DNA of 62,862 bases, the filler included. It is 4 parts of 4 records of this genome, joined end to end, with 100 filler letters (N's around TTAATTAATTAA, not from the genome) between each part and the next. Parts side by side here need not be neighbours in the genome. Positions count along the whole stretch, not along the records: positions 34,802 to 57,416 come from SRR2962707_4526; 3 more parts are not named here. The stretch is one strand, 5' to 3'. Both the position numbers and the translations under genes were made by a program. Shown one piece after another: positions 44,766 through 54,935 of this stretch. The number at the start of each line of letters is the position of its first letter. Within the stretch, counting starts at the first letter, position 1. A model generated the notes under the pieces. It was not told the origin of the DNA, made no database searches, and worked only from the letters and a program-made list of their open reading frames with translations.

Positions 44766-46148
44766 TCAAGAGTCAGAGGCCGCCGGATGCGTCAGTTTGA
44801 GCGGGTCGAGTAAAGCGGTGAGTTCCTCCACCGAAAGGTCGGTCTGCTCCGCCGCCACATCGATCACCGGCCGGCCGCTGGCGAACGCCTGTTTGGCGAT
44901 GGCCGCCGCCTTCTCATAGCCGATCACCGGGTTCAGAGCGGTGACCAGGATCGGATTGCGCCCCACGCCCTCGGCCAGATGCTCACGGTTGTAAGTCAGC
45001 CCGGCGATAGCCTGATCCGCCAGATTCCGGCAGCTGTTGGCCAGCCACTCCACCATATCCAGGAGGTTGGCGGCCACCAGCGGCAACATGACATTCAACT
45101 GAAAATTACCGCTCTGCGCCGCCACCGTATTGGCCTGATCCAGACCGATCACCTGAGCGGCGACCATGGTGGCGGACTCACAGATCACCGGATTGACCTT
45201 CCCTGGCATGATCGACGACCCCGGCTGGGTGGCAGGCAACTGAATTTCCGCCAGGCCATGAATCGGACCGGAGTTCATCCAGCGCAGGTCATTACTGATT
45301 TTCATCAACACCACCGCCAGACCGCGCAATGCCGACGACAGTGCCAGTGGTGCATCCACGGCGCTCTGCGCCACGGCCGGGTACGGCATGGCGGTAAACG
45401 GATGTCCGGTTTCATCGGATAACGCATCGACGAAGCGCTCGGCGAACTCAGCATGGGCGTTGATACCGGTCCCCACCGCGGTACCGCCCTGTGGCAAGGC
45501 ATGCAATTCGTCCCGGGCGCCAGCCAGACGCTGGCTGGCCGCCTGCAGTTGCAGCACCCAGGTGCGCAACTCCTGTTCCACCGTCACCGGCATGGCGTCC
45601 ATCAGGTGAGTGCGGCCGGTTTTGACCAAATCCTTGCCCTCCCCGGCCTTCGACCCCAGCGTGGTGATCAAATGCTCGAGGGCGGGCATCAATTGCTCGT
45701 TAACGGCCATCGCCGACGACACGTGAATGGCGGTGGGAATGGTGTCATTGCTGCTCTGGCCGAGATTGACGTGATCGTTGGGATGCACGTCGACACCCTG
45801 GGTCTGGCACAGATGGGCCACCACCTCATTGACGTTCATGTTGGTGCTGGTACCGGAACCGGTCTGGAACACGTCCACCGGGAACTGATCCCGATGCTCG
45901 CCGTTGATCAGCGCTTCGCAGACCGAACGGATAGCGTCACCCCGCTCCTCGGACAGCAGCTCCAGATCCACGTTCACCGAGGCCGCGCAACGCTTGATCC
46001 GGGCCACCGCCTGAATGAAACGGAACGGCAGCCGCCGGCCGCTGATTGGGAAATTATTCACCGCGCGCTGCGTCTGCGCGCCCCACAACGCCGCCTTTGG
46101 TACCGCCACTTCGCCCAGGGAATCCTTCTCCACCCGTGTGTCGTTCAT
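44766..46148 (-). CDS. fumC: Class II fumarate hydratase
   Basis: WGAQTQRA, FQTGSGTSTNMNVNEV, KTGRTHLMDA and GSSIMPGKVNP. Confidence 0.95.
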   Translation of the reverse strand: MNDTRVEKDSLGEVAVPKAALWGAQTQRAVNNFPISGRRLPFRFIQAVARIKRCAASVNVDLELLSEERGDAIRSVCEALINGEHRDQFPVDVFQTGSGTSTNMNVNEVVAHLCQTQGVDVHPNDHVNLGQSSNDTIPTAIHVSSAMAVNEQLMPALEHLITTLGSKAGEGKDLVKTGRTHLMDAMPVTVEQELRTWVLQLQAASQRLAGARDELHALPQGGTAVGTGINAHAEFAERFVDALSDETGHPFTAMPYPAVAQSAVDAPLALSSALRGLAVVLMKISNDLRWMNSGPIHGLAEIQLPATQPGSSIMPGKVNPVICESATMVAAQVIGLDQANTVAAQSGNFQLNVMLPLVAANLLDMVEWLANSCRNLADQAIAGLTYNREHLAEGVGRNPILVTALNPVIGYEKAAAIAKQAFASGRPVIDVAAEQTDLSVEELTALLDPLKLTHPAASDS

Positions 46149-46253
46149 GACCGTTCTCCTCAGCCGGGAAGTGAAAGGTCAGTATCGGCAAGGCCCGGTT
46201 GGACGTCCAGGGGAGCGCGGGCAATTCCGGCCATAGTCATGGCCGATACCGCC

Positions 46254-46730
46254 TCAAACAGGCCGCTTGAGAATCAGCCCCATGCCTTTGAAACTGGCCA
46301 CCACTTCACCATGCTGATTGACGCCTTCCATCAACGAGTAAATGAGGCCGCGATCGGGTTTGGAGCGGGACGGGCGCGCCTCAAGGACGGTGGCGCGCAT
46401 GGACAGCCGGTCACCGGGGCGTACCGGTTTGTGCCAACGCACCTCATCCACCCCGGGGGAAGCCAGCCCCGCCACGGTGGAAACATAGTTATCCACCATC
46501 AGCCGCATCATCAGGCTGAGGGTGTGCCAGCCACTGGCGATCAGCCCCTGGAAGGGGCCGGCCGCGGCGGCCTCGGGATCGGTGTGCATCTTCTGGGGGT
46601 CGAAGCGGCGGGCGAAAGAAAGCACTTCTTCCTCCTCCACCTCAATGGAGCCCAGGTCATAGGTGGTGCCCACCTGGTAATCTTCAAAATAGCGGTCGTC
46701 CTGGGGCTTGCTGAAGTTCGTTATTGTCAT
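46254..46730 (-). CDS. MaoC family dehydratase
   Basis: YFED, FARRFDPQKMHTD, IASGWHT and PVRPGD. Confidence 0.92.
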   Translation of the reverse strand: MTITNFSKPQDDRYFEDYQVGTTYDLGSIEVEEEEVLSFARRFDPQKMHTDPEAAAAGPFQGLIASGWHTLSLMMRLMVDNYVSTVAGLASPGVDEVRWHKPVRPGDRLSMRATVLEARPSRSKPDRGLIYSLMEGVNQHGEVVASFKGMGLILKRPV

Positions 46731-46850
46731 CGTGTTCTCCCATGCAAACGAAAGATCCGATCATAGCGCCGACCGGATACCAATAACGACCCCCACTACC
46801 CCGCGTCTCTGAGGTATTCTGAAGCCATCGTCAGGGCAAGGAGTGCAAGG

Positions 46851-48104
46851 ATGTTTTCAAAATGGCAGTGGCTGCTGGTCCAGTTCTCCCGCGCCCTCTG
46901 GGTACGGGCCACCGCGTTCGCCATTCTCGCCGTGGCCACTTCTTTGCTGGCCATTATCGGCCAGCGCTGGCTGCCACCGGATATACCGGTGAGCATTGGC
47001 GCGGAAGCCGTGGACACCATTCTCAATGTGCTGGCTTCCAGCATGCTGGCGGTCACCACCTTTTCCCTCAGTGTCATGGTCAGTGCCTACAGCGCCGCCA
47101 CCACCAACGTGACTCCCCGGGCCACGCGGTTGCTGATGCAGGACACCACCACTCAGAACGTCTTGGCCACTTTCATTGGTTCCTTCCTGTTCAGTCTGGT
47201 CGGGTTGGTGGCCCTCAGCACCGGTGCCTACGGCGAAGGCGGCCGGGTGATTCTGTTTCTGGTCACGCTGGTGGTGATCGTTATTATCGTCGTCACTATT
47301 CTGCGCTGGATTGAACATCTGTCGCGCCTCGGCCGGGTGGGTGAAACCACCGACCGGGTGGAACAGGCCACTTGCGCGGCCATTATTCAGCGTGCCGCCA
47401 ACCCGGCCCTGGGCGGCAAACCTTTCTCCCCCGACCAGCCGATTCCGGACCAGGCTCTTCCCGTCTACCCGACATTGGTGGGTTACATTCAACATGTGGA
47501 CGTGGAAGCGCTCGCCCAGTGGGCGGAACAGAACGATGCCGAGATTTACCTGACCGCCCTTCCGGGCGGTTTTGTGCATCCGGCCCGGCCCGTTGCCTGG
47601 CTGATCGGCGCCACCGACGACGACGCCTCTTCCGTGCGGGAGCATTTCACCGTGGATGACGAACGATCCTTCGACCAGGATCCCCGCTTCGGCCTGGTGG
47701 TACTTTCAGAAATTGCGTCGCGGGCGTTGTCTCCGGCAGTCAATGACCCCGGCACCGCCATTGATGTGATCGGACGGGCGGTGCGGGTTCTCCATCACTG
47801 GCATACCCAACGTGGTGAAGCGGATGATACCGTGCGCTGGCCCCGGATCCGGGTTCCCTTACTCGACGAAAGGGAATTTTTCGACGATCTGTTCAACCCC
47901 ATCGCCCGGGACGGCGCGGCCTTATTGGAAGTGCAGATTCGCCTGCAGAAAGCCTTCGAAGTCTTGGCCTCTTACGGCGGCTCCTTTCGCGCCAGCGCCC
48001 GGCTTCATGCCCGGTTGGCACTGGCGCGGGCGGAGCAGGCATTAGCCTTGGAGCGGGACCGGGCGGAACTGCGGGAGCTGGCCCGCTGGATGGAGCAGGA
48101 TTGA
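46851..48104 (+). CDS. DUF2254-type predicted membrane protein
   Basis: LASSMLAVTTFSLS, TPRA, RSFDQDPRFG and EIASRALSPAVNDPGTA. Confidence 0.85.
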   Translation: MFSKWQWLLVQFSRALWVRATAFAILAVATSLLAIIGQRWLPPDIPVSIGAEAVDTILNVLASSMLAVTTFSLSVMVSAYSAATTNVTPRATRLLMQDTTTQNVLATFIGSFLFSLVGLVALSTGAYGEGGRVILFLVTLVVIVIIVVTILRWIEHLSRLGRVGETTDRVEQATCAAIIQRAANPALGGKPFSPDQPIPDQALPVYPTLVGYIQHVDVEALAQWAEQNDAEIYLTALPGGFVHPARPVAWLIGATDDDASSVREHFTVDDERSFDQDPRFGLVVLSEIASRALSPAVNDPGTAIDVIGRAVRVLHHWHTQRGEADDTVRWPRIRVPLLDEREFFDDLFNPIARDGAALLEVQIRLQKAFEVLASYGGSFRASARLHARLALARAEQALALERDRAELRELARWMEQD

Positions 48105-48110
48105 GCCAGG

Positions 48111-49487
48111 CTATTTGCCGATACAGAACGACGAGAAAATCCGCCCCAGAAGATCGTCGGCGGTAAAGGCCCCGGTGATGTCTTCAAGGGCCTTCTGTGC
48201 CGCGCGCAGGTCCTCGGCAAGCAGTTCGCCGGCGGCGTGATCACCCAGTTGGCGCAGGCCTTTATCGAGCGCGGCCAGGGCCTGCTCCAGGGCGGTGATG
48301 TGGCGGCGGCGCGCGGAAAACGGGCTTTCGTCGGTACTCTGGTAGCCGGCCACGGCCTTGAGGTGGTCGCGCAACGCATCCAGCCCCTCTCCCGAGGCGG
48401 CGGAAATCACGAAGGTGTCCGGGTGGCCGTCCAGGGGACCAGGCGCCAGCCCGCTAAGATCGGCCTTGTTGAGCACAATGGTGACCGGCAGTTCCAGATT
48501 TTCCAGCTGTTTCTGGCTGTCCGGCAGTAACAAGGCGGGCTCCTTCAGGGATTCGGTTCCGGTTTGCGAATCCACCACCACCAGCAGCCGGTCCGCCTTG
48601 CGCATCTCCTCGTATGCCCGGCGAATCCCCTCTTGCTCCACCCGGTCCGGACTTTCACGCAGGCCGGCGGTATCGATCACATTCAATGGCAGGCCATCGA
48701 TCTGGATCGATTCACGCAGCACGTCCCGAGTGGTTCCGGGCACTTCGGTAACGATGGCGGCGTCGAAACCGGCCAGGCGGTTCATCAGGGAGGATTTGCC
48801 GGCATTGGGCCGCCCGGCGATGACCAGGGTCAGCCCTTCACGGACCAGGCGCCCCTGGCGGGCAGTGGCGAGTACCCGGTTCACTTGCGCCAACAATGCC
48901 CGCAGGTCAGCGGCCACCCGCCCATCGGAGAGAAAGTCGATCTCCTCCTCGGGAAAATCGATGGCGGCTTCCACATAGATGCGCAGTTGGATCAACTGCT
49001 CCACCAACCGATTCACTTCCTCGGAGAACGCCCCCTGAAGGGAGCGCAGAGCAGCGCGGGCCGACGCCTGGGTGCCGGCATCGACCAGATCAGCGATGGC
49101 TTCCGCCTGAGCCAGATCCAGTTTGTCGTTCAAGAACGCCCGCTGGGAGAATTCACCGGGCCGGGCCTGACGGGCGCCGTGGTAAAGGCAAGCGCGGACC
49201 AGCATATCCAGCACCACCGGGCCGCCATGCCCCTGGAATTCCACCACATCCTCGCCGGTGAAGGAGCCGGGGCCGGGGAACGACAACACCAGTCCCTCAT
49301 CGATGACCTCTCCCCGCTCATCACGAAAACGACGGAAATGAGCCTGGCGCGGCTGTAATGGCCGATCACCGACCACGCCGGCGGCGATGTCCAGCGCGCG
49401 ATCACCGGAAAGCCGCACCACGCCGACACCGCCACGGCCGGGGGCGGTGGCGATGGCGACGATGGTATCGGAATCAGTGGCGGACAT
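48111..49487 (-). CDS. mnmE: tRNA modification GTPase MnmE
   Basis: [46 protein letters not shown] and FSSFCIGK. Confidence 0.97.
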   Translation of the reverse strand: MSATDSDTIVAIATAPGRGGVGVVRLSGDRALDIAAGVVGDRPLQPRQAHFRRFRDERGEVIDEGLVLSFPGPGSFTGEDVVEFQGHGGPVVLDMLVRACLYHGARQARPGEFSQRAFLNDKLDLAQAEAIADLVDAGTQASARAALRSLQGAFSEEVNRLVEQLIQLRIYVEAAIDFPEEEIDFLSDGRVAADLRALLAQVNRVLATARQGRLVREGLTLVIAGRPNAGKSSLMNRLAGFDAAIVTEVPGTTRDVLRESIQIDGLPLNVIDTAGLRESPDRVEQEGIRRAYEEMRKADRLLVVVDSQTGTESLKEPALLLPDSQKQLENLELPVTIVLNKADLSGLAPGPLDGHPDTFVISAASGEGLDALRDHLKAVAGYQSTDESPFSARRRHITALEQALAALDKGLRQLGDHAAGELLAEDLRAAQKALEDITGAFTADDLLGRIFSSFCIGK

Positions 49488-49509
49488 GATGAGCTTACCC
49501 GGAACCGGA

Positions 49510-49542
49510 ATCACAGAGGGGGCCAACGGCCCCCTCTGTGAT
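49510..49542 (-). terminator. Perfect 15-bp hairpin right after the yidC stop (terminator or processing stem)
   Basis: ATCACAGAGGGGGCC-AAC-GGCCCCCTCTGTGAT; U-tract is weak. Confidence 0.55.
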
Positions 49543-51281
49543 CACTCCCGCTCGATTCGGCGGGTAATGATGTATTGCTGGCCGATGGACAGCAGGTTAT
49601 TGGTCAGCCAGTAGAGTACCAGACCCGCCGGGAACCACAGCATGAACACCGAGAAGATCACCGGCATCCACTTCATTACCTGGGCCTGGGTGGGGTCCGC
49701 CGGCGTCGGATTCAGACGGGTCTGCAGGAACATGGACGCGCCCATCAGAATCGGCAAGACGAAGTACGGGTCCATGACCGACAAATCCTGGATCCACAGG
49801 AAGAACGGCGCCTGACGCAGCTCCACGGATTCCAGCAGTACATAGTACAGGGCAATGAACACCGGCATTTGCACCAGAATCGGCAAGCAGCCGCCGAGCG
49901 GATTGATCTTCTCCCGCTGGAACAGCTTCATGGTCTCCATTTGCTGCTTCTGCTTGTCGCTCTTGTGCTCTTCGCGGATACGCTGCATCTCCGGAGCCAC
50001 CTTCCGCATCTTGGCCATGGAGCGGTAGCTGGCGGCACTGAGTTTGAAGAACAGCGCCTTGATGATGAAGGTCAGCAGGATGATCGCCACACCCCAGTTC
50101 CCCACGCCAACGCCCAAATCCATATTCAGACCGAAGATGGAAAGCTTGCCGCTTTGCAGGAACACCAGCAGGGCGAAGATCGGCTGGGACAGGAACCACA
50201 GCCAGCCGTAGTCCACGGTCATGTTCAGCCCGGGGCTGATGGCCTCCAGGTGATCCTGGATTTTCGGGCCAGCGTAGAACTCAGCGTACATCTGCCCGGT
50301 TTCGCCGGGAGCCACTTTCTGTCCCTGGGATACGAACCGCAACAGGTATTGGTCACGGTTCTTCTGGTACACCGTGGAATAGGTCTGCTGCAGTTGCGGA
50401 TCAGGGATCCAGGCGGACAGGAAATAGTGCTGAACCATGGCGATCCAGCCGCCTTCCTGCGTGGTACGCAGGGCGGATTCTTCCATATCGCCGAATTTCA
50501 GCTTGTTGTACGGCTTTTCGCTGGACCAGTAGGCGGCGCCCAGATAGGTGGGCATGGGCGCGAACCCTTGCTTGGACAGGCCCGGATCATCGCCGCCATC
50601 ACGCTTGATCTGGCCGTAGAGCTGGCCGCTCCAGGTTTCTCCACTATTGTTCTCGACAATGTGGGTTACCCGCACCAGGTAACTGCCGCGCTCGAACGTG
50701 TAGCGCTTGGTGATCTTGGCGCCGTTGTCCTGGGTCAGTGTCAGATCCACGTTCAGCTCATGGGCATCGCCCATCTGGTAGCTCTGTTCGGCGCTGCTCC
50801 ACACCGGACGGCCGGAAGCGGAATCGGTGCCATTGGCACCGATCAGACCAGTCTGAGCCACATAGGTGCGGGAGGAGGTGTTCTCCAGCAGCACAAAGGG
50901 CTGATCCGGCGTGTCGGCGTGGCGAGGATAAGCCGGCAGGCTCAAGCGCACGATGTCGCCACCACGGGGGTTGATTTCCAGGTTCAACACATCGGTGGTG
51001 ACATGAATGGCACCACCGTTTTGTGCTTTGTTGTCCGGAATGCTGTCGCTTACTTCTCCGCCGGGAATGGAGGATGCCGTCGGGTCGGTATGCTCCTGCG
51101 GATCGGGCACCAGGTCGTTGCCCGTGGTATTGGCGTTGCTATCGGCATTATTGCCCGCCACTTGCTCGCTGATTTGCGGCTCGACGGTGTCCGGGGCGGC
51201 GTAGTCTCGCTGCCAGGCCTGAATCATCAGGTAGGAGACAACGGCAATGCCCGTAATGACAAGGGCTCGGGGGATATCCAT
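49542..51281 (-). CDS. yidC: Membrane protein insertase YidC
   Basis: TVDYGWLWF, GNWGVAII, GGCLPILVQMPVF, WIQDLS..DPY and PAGLVLYW. Confidence 0.97.
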   Translation of the reverse strand: MDIPRALVITGIAVVSYLMIQAWQRDYAAPDTVEPQISEQVAGNNADSNANTTGNDLVPDPQEHTDPTASSIPGGEVSDSIPDNKAQNGGAIHVTTDVLNLEINPRGGDIVRLSLPAYPRHADTPDQPFVLLENTSSRTYVAQTGLIGANGTDSASGRPVWSSAEQSYQMGDAHELNVDLTLTQDNGAKITKRYTFERGSYLVRVTHIVENNSGETWSGQLYGQIKRDGGDDPGLSKQGFAPMPTYLGAAYWSSEKPYNKLKFGDMEESALRTTQEGGWIAMVQHYFLSAWIPDPQLQQTYSTVYQKNRDQYLLRFVSQGQKVAPGETGQMYAEFYAGPKIQDHLEAISPGLNMTVDYGWLWFLSQPIFALLVFLQSGKLSIFGLNMDLGVGVGNWGVAIILLTFIIKALFFKLSAASYRSMAKMRKVAPEMQRIREEHKSDKQKQQMETMKLFQREKINPLGGCLPILVQMPVFIALYYVLLESVELRQAPFFLWIQDLSVMDPYFVLPILMGASMFLQTRLNPTPADPTQAQVMKWMPVIFSVFMLWFPAGLVLYWLTNNLLSIGQQYIITRRIERE

Positions 51282-51321
51282 AGCTTTGTATTCGGCTGGC
51301 GGAAAAGCGGGGGGCAGTTTC

Positions 51322-51714
51322 TCAGTCTTGCCTACGCTTGGCAAGCAGCTTGTCGAACAGCCGCGCCAACTGAGGGGTCCAGTTTTCCTTTCCGGCTGGC
51401 AGGGGTCCGCGCATCAATACCACGATATCCAGGCCGGTCAGTTCGTGCTGGCGCAAACGAAACTGTTCGCGGATCCGGCGTTTCACGGCACCACGGTCCA
51501 CCGCACGCCGAATGCGACGTTTGGCGATCACCAGGCCCAGACGTGGCAAGGGTTGATCGGTTTCCCGGGCCAATAGCAGAAAACATTGCTGGCCAATGCG
51601 CCAATCGGCTTGATCGAACACAGTCTGAAATGCCTTGCCGTCAAGCAGGCGTAGATCGCGGGAAAACCCGAATCGGGAAGAGGTGTTACTGGGGAGAGGT
51701 ACTGATGGGCTCAC
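51322..51714 (-). CDS. rnpA: RNase P protein component
   Basis: FSRDLRLL, PRLGLVIAKRRIRRAVDR..VKRRIREQFR and LDIVV. Confidence 0.93.
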   Translation of the reverse strand: MSPSVPLPSNTSSRFGFSRDLRLLDGKAFQTVFDQADWRIGQQCFLLLARETDQPLPRLGLVIAKRRIRRAVDRGAVKRRIREQFRLRQHELTGLDIVVLMRGPLPAGKENWTPQLARLFDKLLAKRRQD

Positions 51715-51760
51715 CGTGTCTGATACCCCGGTGATGCCACCAGAAGAAACAGCGATTGGC

Positions 51761-51895
51761 TTATACAGCCAACCGCTTGCGGCCTTTGGCGCGACGAGCG
51801 GCCAGTACCTTACGTCCGTTTTTGGTAGCCATGCGAGCGCGGAAGCCGTGGTTACGCTTACGCTTCAGATTGCTCGGCTGGAATGTGCGTTTCAT
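51761..51895 (-). CDS. rpmH: 50S ribosomal protein L34
   Basis: Manual translation [44 protein letters not shown] (below the ORF-track cutoff). Confidence 0.97.
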   Translation of the reverse strand: MKRTFQPSNLKRKRNHGFRARMATKNGRKVLAARRAKGRKRLAV

Positions 51896-51984
51896 GGCGG
51901 CATCCCCGCTGTGGAAGTCTTAAGAGGGCGCGGATGTTAGCCCCGGCTTGTCTCGCTGTCAAGCGCTTTGCCGGATGGGAGGGT

Positions 51985-52290
51985 TCGCTTATCAATATCT
52001 TTAAATATTTATTTTCTTATTTAGTGATAGTAGTTCTTATAGGCAAAGCCAATTCTGGGGATAAGCCGGAAAAGTGTAAGTAGATCAGTGTGTTGTGATG
52101 TGAGTAACCGACGTATAACTGTGTGTAACTCCTGGTGACTAAGCTGGGACAAGCTGTCCGGAACTGTGGGAGAAATCAGTTCAACCGGTTATCCCCATAC
52201 TTATACGCCCCCCTGCCAACAGGGTTGCGGACCTAGTTATCCACAGAAAAAGATAAGCGAAAAAAGACCTGCCGTGCTGTGGATAGTTAC
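51985..52290. other. Chromosomal replication origin oriC
   Basis: rpmH-dnaA intergenic region. AT-rich unwinding element ~51988-52042. DnaA boxes TGGGGATAA 52056-64, TTATCCCCA 52189-97, TTATCCACA 52237-45 and TGTGGATAG 52278-86, with degenerate boxes between. Confidence 0.85.
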
Positions 52291-52347
52291 ACGCTCAGAG
52301 GTATAGAATGGCCCGTTCAAATTCACGGTTTCTGGCAAGGCGGGGAT

Positions 52348-53748
52348 GTGTCCAAAACGCTTTGGAATCGCTGTTTGACGCGACTTGAGGACGAGTTGCC
52401 GTCACAGCAGTTCAATATGTGGATTCGCCCTTTGCAGGTGTCGGTATCCGCCGATGGCGCGGAGATGACGCTGTTCGCGCCTAATCGTTTCGTGGTGGAT
52501 TGGGTGCGCGACAAGTATATGGAGCGTATCGGCGAGGTCATGGGGGAGATGGAACAAGGCCCCCTGCCCCAGTTGCGTCTTGAGGTTGGTAGTTCCCGGG
52601 TGACCGAGATTATCCCCAAGCGCCAGGCGCCCGAGCCTCGCCCCGCGGCAGTAGCTCAAACGACGGAAACGCGTCCGGCGCCGCCACCGGCTCCCCCCTC
52701 TGATGTGGGGTTGGCGGCCAAGCACCGTAGTAACCTCAATACCGGCTTCACCTTTCCGACCTTCGTTGAGGGTAAGTCCAATCGCATGGCTTGCGCCGCC
52801 GCCCAGCAGGTGGCGGAGAACCCGGCCAGCCATGGTTACAACCCCTTGCTGCTCTACGGTGGCGTGGGGCTGGGCAAGACGCACCTGATGCATGCGGTGG
52901 GTAACGAGTTGTTGCGGCGTAATCCCAACGCCAAGGTGGTTTATCTGCATTCCGAGCGCTTTGTCGCGGATATGATTTCCGCGCTGCGAAACAAGACCAT
53001 CAATGAATTCAAGCGGTTCTACCGATCCGTGGACGCGCTCCTGATTGATGATATTCAGTTTTTTGCAGGAAAAGAGCAGTCCCAGGAAGAGTTCTTCCAT
53101 ACCTTCAACGCTCTGTTGGAGAATGGGCAGCAGATCATCCTGACTTGCGACAAGTTTCCCAAGGAAGTGGATGGTCTGGAAGAACGTCTCAAGAGCCGGT
53201 TCGGCTGGGGGTTATCGCAGCCGCTGGAGCCGCCGGAGTTGGAAACCCGGGTGGCGATCTTGAAGAAGAAGGCGGAAGAGGCCCGTATTGAGCTGCCTAA
53301 TGACGCGGCCTTCTTTATCGCCCAGCGTATTCGTTCCAATGTACGGGAACTGGAAGGCGCCCTGCGCCGGGTCATTGCCCATGTGCGGTTTACCGGGGCG
53401 CAGATTGATATCGGTTTGATCAAGGAAGCCTTGAAGGATCTGATTGCGCTGCAGGCGCGACAGATCAGTATCGATAACATTCAGCGTACTGTGGCTGAGT
53501 ACTACAAGATCAAGATTCCGGATCTGCACTCACCACGCCGGACTCGTTCAGTGGCGCGGCCGAGGCAGATCGCCATGGCATTGTCGAAGGAATTGACCAG
53601 CCACAGTTTACCTGAGATTGGCGCCAGTTTTGGTGGGCGTGATCACACCACGGTGTTGCATGCCTGCCGAAAAGTGAATGAACTTCGGGAAACTAGTCCC
53701 GAAATTGAGGAAGATTACCAAAATTTGCTGAGAACTCTCACGTCTTGA
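52348..53748 (+). CDS. dnaA: Replication initiator DnaA
   Basis: GTG start; [43 protein letters not shown] and [11 protein letters not shown]. Confidence 0.98.
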   Translation: MSKTLWNRCLTRLEDELPSQQFNMWIRPLQVSVSADGAEMTLFAPNRFVVDWVRDKYMERIGEVMGEMEQGPLPQLRLEVGSSRVTEIIPKRQAPEPRPAAVAQTTETRPAPPPAPPSDVGLAAKHRSNLNTGFTFPTFVEGKSNRMACAAAQQVAENPASHGYNPLLLYGGVGLGKTHLMHAVGNELLRRNPNAKVVYLHSERFVADMISALRNKTINEFKRFYRSVDALLIDDIQFFAGKEQSQEEFFHTFNALLENGQQIILTCDKFPKEVDGLEERLKSRFGWGLSQPLEPPELETRVAILKKKAEEARIELPNDAAFFIAQRIRSNVRELEGALRRVIAHVRFTGAQIDIGLIKEALKDLIALQARQISIDNIQRTVAEYYKIKIPDLHSPRRTRSVARPRQIAMALSKELTSHSLPEIGASFGGRDHTTVLHACRKVNELRETSPEIEEDYQNLLRTLTS

Positions 53749-53786
53749 CGGCGCTGGGGTCGGCTCATCGATGACGGGAAAGGGAC

Positions 53787-54887
53787 ATGAAATTTTCGAT
53801 CAACCGTGAACAGGTGCTTAAGCCGCTGCAGCAGGTAGCGGCGGTAGTTGAGAAGCGGCAGACGCTGCCCGTGCTGTCCAATGTGCTGGTGGAAGTCAGC
53901 GATGGCTGGCTGGCGCTGACGGGCACCGACCTGGAATTGGAGCTGGTGGCTCGCCTGCCGCTGGAGGGGGAAAACCAGGGCGGCGAGACTACGGTCCCAG
54001 CTCGCAAATTGGTTGATATTGTCAAGAGTTTGCCGGCGGAGGCGGAGATTCGTTTTGAGGTGGATGGCGAACGAATGCTGGTGAAATCCGGCCGTAGCCG
54101 GTTTTCTCTGTCTACTTTGCCCGCCTCCGAGTTTCCCAGTCAGGAAGAGGATAAGGCCGCGTCCGGATTTGATATCGCGCCGGGTGTTTTGCGTGGCTTA
54201 ATTGATCGTACCGCCTTTTCCATGGCACAGCAGGATGTGCGTTATTACCTGAATGGTATGCTGTTCGAGTTGCGCCCAGGAGCACTGCGTGCGGTAGCCA
54301 CCGACGGCCATCGTCTGGCCTTATGCGACGCGGAGCTGGAGGGGCCGGATCAGGAAGCCTCCGTGATTCTGCCGCGTAAAGGGGTTATGGAGTTGTCTCG
54401 TATTCTGGCGGATGCTGGCGAGATGGTGCGCCTGACCCTCGGGCGCAATCATGTTCGTATTGTCGCTGGCGCAATCACTTTCACGTCCAAATTGGTGGAC
54501 GGTAAGTTCCCTGAATACGAGCGGGTCATCCCGAAAGACGGTCAACGCCGGATTCTCGCGGATCGCGAAACTCTGCGGCAGGCCCTGGCCCGTGTGGCGA
54601 TTCTCTCCAATGAAAAATATCGTGGGGTTCGGGTGCAATTGTCCGAGGGGAGTTTGAGGGTGGTAGCGAACAACCCGGAGCAGGAAGAAGCGGAAGAGGA
54701 AGTGTCCGTTGATTTCAATGGCTCCCCATTGGAGATCGGTTTTAATGTCAGCTATCTGCTGGATGTGTTGACCACTCTGAATGGTCCTCAGGCGGATCTT
54801 GAGCTGGGAGACAGCAATAGCAGTGCCTTGATTACCGATCCGGAAGATAAAGCGGCGGTATACGTCGTCATGCCGATGCGCCTCTGA
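53787..54887 (+). CDS. dnaN: DNA polymerase III beta clamp
   Basis: QTLPVLSN, GTDLE, QDVRYYLNG, ATDGHRL and VVMPMRL. Confidence 0.98.
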   Translation: MKFSINREQVLKPLQQVAAVVEKRQTLPVLSNVLVEVSDGWLALTGTDLELELVARLPLEGENQGGETTVPARKLVDIVKSLPAEAEIRFEVDGERMLVKSGRSRFSLSTLPASEFPSQEEDKAASGFDIAPGVLRGLIDRTAFSMAQQDVRYYLNGMLFELRPGALRAVATDGHRLALCDAELEGPDQEASVILPRKGVMELSRILADAGEMVRLTLGRNHVRIVAGAITFTSKLVDGKFPEYERVIPKDGQRRILADRETLRQALARVAILSNEKYRGVRVQLSEGSLRVVANNPEQEEAEEEVSVDFNGSPLEIGFNVSYLLDVLTTLNGPQADLELGDSNSSALITDPEDKAAVYVVMPMRL

Positions 54888-54935
54888 CCGGCAGCAGGGC
54901 CTCGAGCACGTCGAGGCCCCCTTCCCCTCCCCCTT

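Noticed and set aside
49575..51734. 719-aa plus-strand ORF, and similar long ORFs at 10357-11586, 39785-41551, 42859-44511 and 45453-46766
   Set aside because: Antisense shadows of GC-rich real genes (yidC/rnpA, soxB, RND, acyl-CoA ligase, fumC); no motifs of their own.
52279..52347. N-terminal extension of DnaA in the ORF track
   Set aside because: The upstream GTG lies inside a DnaA box; homology begins at GTG 52348.
54897..54919. Hairpin GGGCCTCGA-GCACG-TCGAGGCCC between dnaN and recF (similar stems at 6135-6150 and ~42891-42914)
   Set aside because: Ordinary short intergenic stems with no further copies seen; not evidence of a repeat family.
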